The translations under genes were made by a program, and so were the position numbers. The notes below the pieces were generated by a model. That model was not told where the DNA came from, ran no database searches, and saw only the letters and a list, made by a program, of their open reading frames with translations. From positions 1-61,096 of the forward strand of contig JYFJ02002317.1 of the NCBI GenBank assembly GCA_000934665.2: a DNA stretch of 61,096 bases, read 5' to 3'. Source of the stretch: Catajapyx aquilonaris (taxonomy: Eukaryota). Below, in pieces: positions 16,701 through 28,700 of the stretch. Every line of letters starts with the position of its first letter. The stretch's first letter is position 1.

Positions 16701-19700
16701 CGGGTTAGTACTGGAGGTGGGTGGACTGGGACGCTCTCTATACATGTGTATATACGCATGTGTGCATGTGCACGCGCTCGCTCGCGTGCTGTCCATGCAG
16801 CTGCAGCTGCAGCAGAGGCATACAGCAGCGGTGCGGATGCGGTACCGAGTACCTCGAATACTGGCAGTGTGTGTGCACGCGAGAGCCTCTCTTCTTGCTG
16901 CCACGTACCTACAACGCTACTCTAAAAGTGCGACAGCTCAGTTCAAGCTCGTGTGACGCAAGAGGCTGCTGATATATATACCCAATCTATCAGGCGTGCC
17001 CGTGGCTTACATCTACGGGATCGACTACGGGTCGGGAAAAAAAAGCAAGTTTCAGGCAAACGTATCCTCTCGCTGTACAACCCGGCAACGAAAAAAATGG
17101 GGGACTGAGTTGCTCTATAGAGCTAGAATATACGTTTGTCCGTCACTTTTCTTTGACATTCTTAGAGTACCTTTTATGATGTACGAGGGGGTCATTCGCA
17201 CGAGCTTTTTAATGACTGCTTCAGCTGCTTGCACGCAGATGATCGTTGTTGCACTCCTGACGCCATACTATACTTACCAATCCCCGCTCCCCATTCCTTT
17301 GCGATGTCATGATACAAAAGAAATGCAGGAGAGTTGATTGGTTCACATTACAACGCCATCTGTGCACAAGGAGACCAGTGAAGCTTTCACCTACGTGGTC
17401 ATCAATAGTGAATAGGAGCTACACGTATATACTGAAGGGATACGGCCAAAACGCGTCTGCCACACGAAGTTTCCAGAAAATGTTAAGGTCCCTGATCTTT
17501 TGGACAGCGTGACGCCAGCGCCAGCAGCCCCTCGGCATCCGATACCCGAAGAATGAGGCCGATAATTGCAATTAGCCGGTGGGAATGGCCACCCCCGCCC
17601 CTCCTTATTTGACGTCACGGTGCATCCGTGACGTCAATTGCTCCTCGCCCAGTTAAGATTAGTGAAAGGCTTTTGAGACACAACGAGCGAGGGCCTTCCC
17701 AAAGGCCATTATGTGGCAAAGGCGGGTGTTATATATTATTACACTCAAATCCCAAGTTTCATGGTGGTTTGTCTTGCAACAAAGCTTAATACTGTCAGGA
17801 TGAGAACAAAGCCAAACGCAAGGTGTGTAGTAATAATAACGCTGCAAACGCAAGGCAATAAGCGAAAAAAGACTGGGCAGAAATGAGTGGCAAATGCAAG
17901 AGTCGCAATGCTTTTTGTGTGTACCCAAGTGAGTGCCGGTATTTCTGATTGGAGTTCTCTCCTTCCCGTCCACCATCGACAACGCACCTCCTCCACCACC
18001 ACCTTTGTCCATCATCCACCGGCCAGGAATCTTCAACGAGCTGTCTGCAATCGTATAACATAAAAAGAGTATGCTGTCCGGGTATGTATGGTATATATAC
18101 CAGGAGAGAGGTACGCAGACGGCGAGTGCGCGTTGCCTTGTGCCAACATGCACGTAGGTGAAGCCCATCCCACTTGAAAAGTTGCATTGGCACTCCTGAT
18201 GGTCACGAGTTATGAATCGGCCAGTCTACAGAACGGATGATTGAGACCTTGTGATCAGCAGGAGAAAGACAATGCCATCTTTCAAGCGGCCTTCAGGCAC
18301 TGTTAGGTCCAATGTGGTTGTTTACAAGGTTACGGGGAAAATGGTCCAGGTCTAGTCCATTTTCCTCGGTTCCCATCAAAATGAACCCTCCCTTAGGATG
18401 TCTCGAAGAAAAAAAACCCTCTTCGTGTTAACCCGATAACTTGCAATGGCAATGCTTGTTTGTACTCGTACGCTCGGCCTGGGCACTGCAGGCATGGGGC
18501 AACAATGCCTAGGCAGGGTGTACTGTACACAGTTGGGCAAACAAGACGTCACACGGATGAGGAGGCCAAGGCGCCAGAAATGCTGGGGGTGCATGAGAAA
18601 CAAAAAAATAATCACTGCTCGATCCGAACGGACTCACACTCGATGCATTCGATAATTCACAGGTGGACAGCCAAAAAGAGGGGGAGAGAGAGAAGAGAAA
18701 AGGTGAAAGGTCGAGGCAAGGTTGGCCAGGGGGGCGTGCGAGGTGAAAATGCACTGCAATATTTTTTTTAGTTGATGGCCGGGGAGAGAATATTAAAAAC
18801 AGAGGACAATCTCATCAAGCATGGGACGATGCACAAGGACATGCAAAAAGTACCGAGCACATGGTGTGATGCAAGAAAAATAAATCAAAAGCGTCACTAC
18901 TTGACCCTATATACTCAAGGGGTAGTGAGCGATGTGATGCAATAATACTTTTTTTTCTGTACATCTGTTTCCAATGCAGGGCACAGCCTGTACTGGTATA
19001 TTTGGCATATAAAAAAGCTGCGCCGCAAGATGATTTGCGTCACGAGTGATATTTTACCCCCGCATCATTCCAGCAGCCTCTGCATTATTTTAATGATCCG
19101 CGCAATGTTAGGCTACGTGGGGGGCGTACAGACTTTGCTAAAAACAAAACCGAGACTTTGTGTGTACATTCGCATGCACAACGATAAAACCAACCACCAT
19201 GAAGCAATGAACTTAAACGTATAACAACTAATAAGAAATACACTACAGTACGTGTCTCCGGAAGGGGATGGGTGTAAACTCTCTTTACTTTCCACGTGTT
19301 GTGACACTCAAATCTGCTACAAAATGTATAATACGGTGGGGGGGGGGGGAGAGAGAGAGTGAGGGAAACACTTTTCAACTACTTAACTACCAAACTGAAA
19401 TCTGACTGGTTCTGCGCACTATTAAAAAGTCTACATGTAATGATACGGCACATGCAGGCAAGACTGCTCTGGGCCGTAAAATTACTGTTTTTTTATTTAA
19501 ACAGCGTGTATGTGACTTTGGTGCAGTGCTCACAGTTTTTGAGTGGGTACAGGGGAAGTTGGAGGGAAAAAATAGTCGCGTGCAACAGGGGAGACGGACC
19601 ACCCCTTGGAAAGAGGTGGAGGTATAGGAGAAAGATTGTCAGGATTAGTCCAAGCGGCCACACTATATCCATTTTTAAACGTGATTTCCAGATCCCGCAT

Positions 19701-22700
19701 GGACATGAAGTCCATGGGTTTTAGGGTGCATAAAATCGCGGCGGATTTTCCTTGTGCAATCTAAATACACGGACGTCAAAATAAGCCAGTTTCATTTTTT
19801 CCGTCCAGTTTTGAGTGGCCTACATAGCGTGGCCGAGACAATAAGATTGATAGACATAGAGAGAGAGAGAGGGGGGGGGTAGATGCAGGAGCGGGTGTGG
19901 TGACGTTGGTTGCAGTTCATTCAGTCTCTTCAATTATTCCTGGCAAACCGGTTTATTCGTCCCGAAATCCCGAGCAGTCGCAAGCAATCCCGGTTATACC
20001 GCCGTGTGTCTGATTCCAGTCAGTATTTTAAATTCAATTATTATTATTATTATTTCCGATTGTTGTTATACCATATGAATCGACATGCTCTTTGCTTTCG
20101 ACATTTTTTTTCTGTTGTTGAACCTGATGGCCAATTTGCGACTTGTATACGCCGCACACTCCATGCGGGTTATCTTTGCATCACTTCGAGGCGCACTCGC
20201 TCCTGCTGTCTGGCTGGCTGGCTGGCTGGCTGGCACAGTAAATTGCAACAAATTTCCTCCCTCATTTTGCAGTTGTAGCTGAACCAATGGCCGGGTGTTT
20301 TGCCTCCAGCATGCGAAGAAAAAAGAAGTTGAACGGTGTCTCTTTTCTAAATTATTCCGGCGGCGGCGGTCCGCTGTAAATGACCGCTGTTCAATTTGGG
20401 CCAGACACAAGTTTCCTCCGGACAGTCCTAATTGACTCCCATGAATAAAGGAGGCGGAAAAGGGGGGGTGGTGGAGAGAGGAGGAGGAGGAGGAGGAGGA
20501 GGGGGGGGTCTATTAGTCGTGACGTGAATGAGGAAGCCAAGCCAGGAAACCAAGCGGCCTTTTTGCAAAACGGAGGAAGCGACAGCAGCAGAGAAACTGC
20601 CGAATGCGTCTCGAGGTGAAAGAGGAAAACCGCCGAGCAATTATTAATAATTAATGAATTAATCAATTAGCCGCACATTTCCTTTGAAAAGAGTGCGTAT
20701 AATGATGATGGTGGTAATACCTAGCAGACTGCGCGAGGTCTTTTCAGAGTTGCCCAGCAATAGTGGCGTCCTCCGCCGGTCCTGAACATCCAAGTCCAAC
20801 TCCTCTGGACAGGAGAGCAATCCTTTCGTTTTAAAAGCGGCGCATTTCGCCCAAAATCACGCACGATTTTTTTTGTTTCCGCCGGATAAAAATAAAGGAA
20901 AATAAACAAAGGGGGAGGAATAAAAGCACAGGTAAATAAATATATAGATCATCATTTTTAGAGCATTGAAACCCTGTCCATTTCTTTTGGATACAAAATA
21001 TGCAAACGACCGTGTCCCAACCGGCATGAGTGTTGCTGACGTGTGTATACCGGTGCTTCTTTCTTTTTGTAATATGCGTGTATAACTTAGTATGATTGTG
21101 ACTGGGTGCGCTGGGTACTCACTTTGGTCTTCCGCTTCTGGCAGCCTGGTTTCTATCTCCGAGGTGGACTTCTGCCTTCGTAGGAGCCTGGACTTGGGCT
21201 GGCACCTGGCGCCCACCTTCTCCTGGCACTCTGCGTGCACGTTCATCTTGCACAGGCGGCATTTCAGGCCCTGGCGAGTGTGGCCTGCAGGCATCAGGGA
21301 GAGAAGAACCTATATCAGAGCAAGGCCCGCCACCATCTCGAATGTATATATGAGGCTCTCTTATTTGACACGAGGAAGTTTGCTCCGGACGTCTGACTAA
21401 GGGCGGGAGTGAGCATGTCCGATTAAATTGCATGGTGTCGCTTCCCATGAAGGTAATCCCTGCATCTGAAAACCCGCATAATTATTATTAAGACAACCGG
21501 CTTGACCTTCACCGCGGAGTGACTGGAGCTGCTGCAGACAGAGTGTTTGCCCCCGTGATGCGGGCAATGCGTCAGACAAGAGAGGCGCATGGGTTGCGTG
21601 GCAGCCAGGATATGAGAGCCCGAGAAAAAGGCAGGGGGGAACCCCGGGGAGGTTGCAGCCGGCCGGCCAAGGGAGGGCACATTCCAGGCCGGCAAACGCC
21701 AGGCACAATGCCCCTCCGCACAATGGAAGAGTATAAGCATTGCCCAGACTCAATATTTCAGCACGTTCACATGAGGTCTGTAAGTCATGCACGTTAAACA
21801 ATCGCACGAAGGAATACCAAACGGAAAAAATATATATCTATATATCAGCCAGTCACAATGACCAAGTCCATGTCATTACGCGTACTATTAAGGAATCCGA
21901 CAATAACAATGTGCCTAATTGTTATTGTCACATTTTCTTATTCCCCTTCGCTTCCTTTCCCCCTACAAAATATTCACCTTCAAACCGTCGACCGTGGTGG
22001 TATATGGTTAACCTCCAGAACGAAACAATAAAAGCCAACAGAGGCCTACTATAGTTCGCTTTGCCTTTGGACGATAGAGCTGTACTTGCTGGGCCTAATA
22101 TCCCCTGCATTAGGCATGCTCCCCTGACCATATAATATTCGAACGGCCCAATAATAATCATCCCTCTTTTGGAAGTCTGCCCGACCATCAAACATGCAAA
22201 TGTACAGTACATGCGGGTCCGACCGGCACTTTTCCCATAAGAACGTTCACGATTACCATCTTGTCAGACTGTAGGTCATGACGCTGAAATCGTCACAGTC
22301 ACCGACTGATACGTCATACTTGCGCGCAAAAAGATGCTGAAATGAAAACCGCTGGCGCAATGAGTGTCTGGCAGAGCGTCACGTCCCCCCCCTTCACTAA
22401 TTTATTCATAAGCATTAGCCATGCAGTACTGGCCGCGATGAAAAATTCAGAATTGGGGAGGTGTTGTGCACAGAGGTCACTCTCTTTCCCTCGTCCATAA
22501 TTCAGTCCCTCGGGACTATAATTACCTCTGAGTATCTGCGAGCAGACGTCACAGGGCGTGATCTTCTTGTAGGTGTACTCCTGGAAGAGATGCTGCACGT
22601 CCGGGATGCTCGGAGGAGAGTCCTTCTCCTTCTCCTTCCCGTTGCGCCTGGAAACGTGGTCGCCACAGACAAAGATCAGACTCGCGTCTCACACCATCAG

Positions 22701-25700
22701 ATCATTACTATGTATAGACCACAACACTATACTACATTATCTCGCAATCATTATTATTATTATTCGTTTGAAAATTTTGAAGCCATTGTTCGTTTTGTCA
22801 AGAAATATAAAAACATGTGCTATATAATATGTTACAGTGCACTTTTAATTTTGGATGGACTGTACTGGCCAGATCTGGTGTGTCTCGTCCTGAAGGAGGG
22901 CGTCACCTCGGCTTTTAATTTACAAAAATGCTACGTGTAATCTGTGCGTGTATAGTACAACATGAGGGACAACAATGATGTGTTTTTAATGCGCAGCGAG
23001 TGCAGTAGTGTAGGCTGCTGCTGCTGGACGGGTGTGTAGTGGGGCGGGGGGAGGTCATGTCCACAAAAAAAGAGAGAGGAACACTCAACAATAGCTACAT
23101 AGGGTTACATAAAAACCACAGCGGTGTAAAGAAGAAGCACATAATAAGTGGCGGTAGCGGGCTACTCGGTCGCATCGTGTGCCTGCAGCTTATTATTGAA
23201 CGGAGGAGACAGGGGGCAAGGAGGGGGAGGGAGATGGAGGGAGGGAGGGAGGAGAGGGGGGGGGAAGTCATAAACGCTGTCAATGTAATACACAAGAGTA
23301 CGGACTGCACTACGGTGTCATACGGCTTCCCAATAATATTACAAGAAAGTGGAAGCCCAACCAACATGCGGTGAATTAATTAGAACCGAGGATGGCTAAT
23401 AATGTACGGCTAATGTACTGCTGTATAATAATATTATGTACATAAGAAGAATGATGGTAGAAGAAAATCCAATTACCTCTTCATAGTTTTAATAGAACAG
23501 TCCGACTACTAGCAGCTTGTGAGAGAAACGGTAGGGAGTGGCAACAATGCTGGCTCGCTACTATACACACACGATACAAGTATAATAATATAATAGTACG
23601 ACATCTTGGTCAGTGACAGATTAAATCAACCATTCACTCAGTGCGGTTCAGCAGGTGCGTTGCTGGTACAAACACATTCACATAGACAGGTGAGTATACA
23701 GGGAGAGAAAGATGAGAGGCCGATCGAGAGTGATGAGAGCCAATTGGCTAGTGAGCTGGAAGTGTGTACAGAGAGGGATAGGTGCCTTCAAACTGTGTAC
23801 AGACGCACATAGAGAGAGAGAGAGAGAGAGGGAGAGTGTGCTTCCAACAGGATGCATTCACATGAGGGGAGGAATTAACAGGGACGGTATAATTATATAG
23901 TGTAAGAGTGACTCTGGTAAGACCACGCGAGATTTCCCTTGCGATCTGACCGGCGGTCGTGAAGCCAAGAGTTAACTGCTCCCAGGCAGACGAGTGCTGA
24001 ACCAATAATAATTAGTCGGCCGGTCAGAGGACGAGGGAAATCTTCGCGACGTGCTCTGGTCTGCTGGGCAACGTTACGTTGGTACAGAGAGGCACACGAC
24101 GGAAGGGGCGTCCACAAAACTAGGCCAGGAGTGGGCTATAGCTCAGCCATGATTATTTTTGCATGAAAATCAAAAAAACCCCCTCCCCCCCCCCCTCGCT
24201 CGGTATACACTTTAAGGAGTCATTAAAAACGGGGTAATCGAGAGCGTATATCCTACGGGCAATTTTTCGTGAAATATTGGAAGGGAACCGATCTGAGAGT
24301 CTTCTACCCGTGAAATTGTCGGAGGCAAATTGTTGATGAAGCCTCGAGGCAATGGAAGGAGAGCAATTTTCTTGTGCAGGAAATGAAGGAAGGGTCCCAT
24401 GTGCTGCTGCTGCTGCCCCCCCGTACACCATCCAGTCACGGAAGGTTGCTGGAGTCGCGCCCCCCCCCCTCCCTTCCCCTCCCTTCCCCTCCCTTCCCCA
24501 CCCCGACCCACCCCAAAATCCGGGGTGTTCTGTGCTGCAGGACCAGCAGCAGCAGCAGCAGCAGCAGTCCAATCGATGTGCCTTACACGGATCTCTCCCC
24601 TGCCCGGCCCTGTGCTGCTGCTGCCTCGCCCGTTCTCTCTCCCTCCAATCGAGGCCTCTGCCTGCTGCATGCACGGTGCAGTATAGTAGTACTACATGTC
24701 AGGCAGAGAGAGAGGCTTGCCACACACCTTCTGGTCCCTACTTTCACCTGGACTTGGCAATATCTTTTCGGCAGGTCGACCTTGGCATGTTCCCATCCCA
24801 AGCACTGGTGCATGTTTCATGGACGCCCCATCCGGAGGGAAGGAAACGAGCAGAGAGAGAGAGATAAGGGACGGAGACTGATGCAGAGCGGGGGAAGGGG
24901 AGGAAAGAGATGACCAGAGTACCGATCAGGTCCGACACAAATTGCGTGCCGCTGTTCACGTATATTGTACGTATACCAAGGGAGCTCAGAATATATACGG
25001 TCGAGGAAAAAATGAGACAGAAAGAGACAGAAAAGTGAGAAACAACAACAACAACAACAACAACGAGACTGTGCTGGACACTGACATCAGCGCTGACTGA
25101 ATCGCCAGACTCCCCGTCTACATTCAAGGCCTATTATATTACATACCCTATATAAGACTACGTCTACATGTTAGCATGTACTGTGTCCGTATATATTATA
25201 TGGGCAGGGTTGGGGAGGGGAGTGGGCGGGAAGAGGGAGGAATGGTTTCATGTGCACTACTATAGTGTACAGTGCTCGACTGCTGGCGACGACAGCACAC
25301 AACGTCACACAGCGCTTTGGAAGGAAGGGCACAAAAAAACAAAGAGTGATGTAGAAAGAGAGAGAGAGAGAGAGAGAGAGAAGAGTGAGTGGTCACAGCA
25401 TGGTGGGTTATTCTTGCACCACTGAAAAGCCTGCTGGAACAGACTCTCTGTTCAACACCCACCCACCCACCCACCCACCCGCCCCCTGGTTTAAGAACAC
25501 AAAACGAGTGCTTTTAGGCAAAAGTGGTCAGTCTCGATGACCGGTCTGGCAGTTTAATAACCCCGTTACGGTATACGCATTAAACAGGCTAAAATGGGCA
25601 AGGGAATCTGAAACCACAAGAGAAGTGAATAGAGGGCGGGACAGGCCGCACACAAAAGCGGATGAGTGCGACGGCATCAAGTCGTCAGAAAAGGTGTGGG

Positions 25701-28700
25701 ACTCAGGTGGGGGGGAAAGCACAAAAGATGCTGTCGTGAGGTGGTGGGTGAGGTGGCTATAAAAGGAAGGTGGTGGGAAGGTCAGGGTGAAGGTCATTGG
25801 GTGGGTGATCAGAAATCCACATGATCATATCATCACTACTGTACCTCATCATCATTACTGCTGCCACGGCTTGGTACATGTGGGGCTTTCTGTCGTGGGG
25901 AAGCCAGAGAGTCATTGAAGAAGAGGGAGGACACGACGGATACCCACGTAAAATATAGAATTCGGGGGTTGAAGGGTGGGGGGTCAAAGGTCACAAGGTA
26001 GGGTGGTTGAGTTGAGGGGGGGAGGGGGAAGAGAAATATACTGTGAGTTAGTTCAAAAAAGTCCAACAGTTGGCTGGAGAGCACCACCCATATCCTTTCT
26101 CATGATCTTGTAACTACGCAGGTGGAGGACAATGACAGCAACAAAGCATCGATAATTATTATTATGTTTCTACAGAGCAAGTTCTAGATGTATACCAGGA
26201 ATAAGCCAAGGCGGTCATTTGATCATTAATGCAGTTTTAGTTACAGAGAAAACCTGAGAGAGCTCAACAACTTTACCAACGTAAGCAGCGGCAGTACTCG
26301 ACCTGCGACACAACTACATTACTGTATAAATATACTGGACAAAGTACGCATAAGGGCTAATGATGTATAATAATTATCACTTTCTGGACACACACTAGAG
26401 AGAAATAGAAAGTGGGCTACTGAAAGACATGTACAATTTTGTTAGCATCACAATCATGGGGAGGAAATGACATTATTTTCATTGTGCTCGCTATATACAC
26501 AGAGACAACCCTGGTGGTGCTGCTGACCAACATGCAACGCACTGCTACATCGCTCTGCAGAAATTCATTGCAAAGTTTTCATGGAATTCGCCAACTCCTC
26601 CTAACTCCTGTTCAAAGGCTGCCACGGAAACTCTCTCTCTCTCTCTCTAAGCTGGAATTGCGTGTGGGAAGCGGCAGCAGTATTAAGTCGGGTCCGCGGA
26701 AATATGCACCAAAACCATATTTCGACCAGGAATATGTTTAAGCGTCCATCGTTTAAGGCTATCTCCGCAAATGCTGACATCGGTTTCACGCAATGATTGC
26801 GGTTGGAAAATGAAAAATATTTGCAACACCACATCCGACAGATTAAGTGACTTCGATCCCCAGAAAAAAAGTTGTCGAGGTTCCTGATGAACTCCCAATT
26901 TCCCCATCCCTTATAGTCCGGTTGCGCCAAAGAAAGTGCAACCGCATCAATGCAATAATCTCTCGACTCGAGCGAGTTTAAACCTCGGTTTAAACGGACC
27001 CTATTCCAGAAGCTACTTCGAAGGGCAAGGTTTGCAAGAAGCGCATAATGTTGGCTGCATGTTGGTCAGCAGAACACTCCTCAGAATAGTGTGTGTGTAA
27101 TTATTATTAAATTAGAGTAGTATGGGGGATTATTATCATCATCATAATCAATATGGAATTGCTTTTTTTTAAATATCAGAAATGATTGGATTGACTGACT
27201 TGTCAGTGGGATTGAGGTCCTTTGGGCTGTTTCCTCCGCCTCCTCCGCCTCCTCCACCGCTTCCGCTTCCGGTGGACTTGAGGCTCTTGAAGGCCTTGAG
27301 CCACTTGGACTTCATGCTTCCAGTGGAGGACGCGGACATCTTCCGCTCGCGGATGCTGTTCTCCGCGCCGCTTCCCTCAAACTTGGATGCGAACAGCTCG
27401 CGCTATGGAAACAAAACACGTGGCGTCAGATCATTGGACACATTCAAATTATTAGGGGAAGGGGAAGGGGGGAGAGTGTATAATCCCAGGGATTGCACAA
27501 CATAATTATACTCTCTCCATCTATCTATACATCTGACTCTGTGCACTGGGGTATATACAGACAGGCTTGGCAATGAGGCAGGCAAGGGCAAGGCAAAGGC
27601 GGGCAGCATCGACGACTGTTCGTTCATTCTGAGGGAAAACCCCGAGACTCATCCAGCAGCAGCCAGCCTCCCAAAATGGACCAATCGGGGGGAGAGAGGA
27701 GGATGTGGACTGCTGGTTATACAGGGAGGGAGGACAAACTTGGAAAAGTTTGTAAGAGCTGGGGGAAACTTGCAGCATTCCTTTCGGCGAAAAAGAGTTC
27801 CCGAAGTTGTTTCCGCCGAATTCCCCCCGCCCGCGCCCCCAGCAAAGGGTGGGAAGTGAGACCGGTTTTGGCTCGGTTTCGACACACCCAGGCCCCGATC
27901 CAGCATGCAGGGTGGGGTGCAACGCGATGCTCCAAGTCCAACGGATATGGATTGTTCGTCCCACAAAATGAACCAGTTTAACCAGAGGGTGAAACCATCC
28001 TCCCCAACATCAGATTTGCTGCTTCTCTTGTGACACATGATATCTGGAGGGAACAATCCCGGAAACTTTTTCGCACACCCGGGGAAGTACTGAACCACCC
28101 TGTTCTGCGGCCTCACCCCTATATACAAGTATAATAAGAGGTATATTTACACATGACAGGACATGTGAATGAGACTTACTGCAAGCTGATTTTTGGCACA
28201 TGCTCGTATGTAACGTATAAGGAAACTGCTGGGAAGACTCCCTTTGCCGACCCATCGTCTCCACAGTCTCTCCTTCATATACTTCTAGCGAAGTTAGAAT
28301 AACGGGAGGCAAGGATGGAAATGGGACTCCTCTCCCTAATTAACTCTTTAATTTACGACCGGCCCTCAGTTAGGGTCATATGTATGAAAATAAACGAGGA
28401 AAGATGCCCAATTATGCAGGGGTGCGTACTACTCATAAACCGACATATAATTAGGAATTTTCCTTGGTAACTCGAGTAGATGCAAGTGACACCATCACCA
28501 ACCGCAGCATAAAACGAAAGATGTATAAGGCCCATAGTGGGTGTGGACAATGTGTCTGGGGAGAGAGGCGCTTGCCTGGCGTCGTGGATGGTTCTGACGT
28601 CACTTTCACTTTTCGACTGCATCGTCGGCACTGTAGAGTGTCGGAGGAGGGGAGGGATGCAGTGAGATGAAGATGCATGAATGGAGGAAGGGCAGGGGGA

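Noticed and set aside
21510..21740. Segment ending ...LCLQQLQSLR|G between the two C1 exons, as a mutually exclusive C1 exon
   Set aside because: Phase fits, but it lacks the His and CxxC ligands and a clear acceptor.
26690..27002. GTTTAAAC palindrome and GGGTCCG ends suggesting a PIF/Harbinger-type MITE
   Set aside because: Only about 7 bp of terminal match; too weak without a copy-number search.
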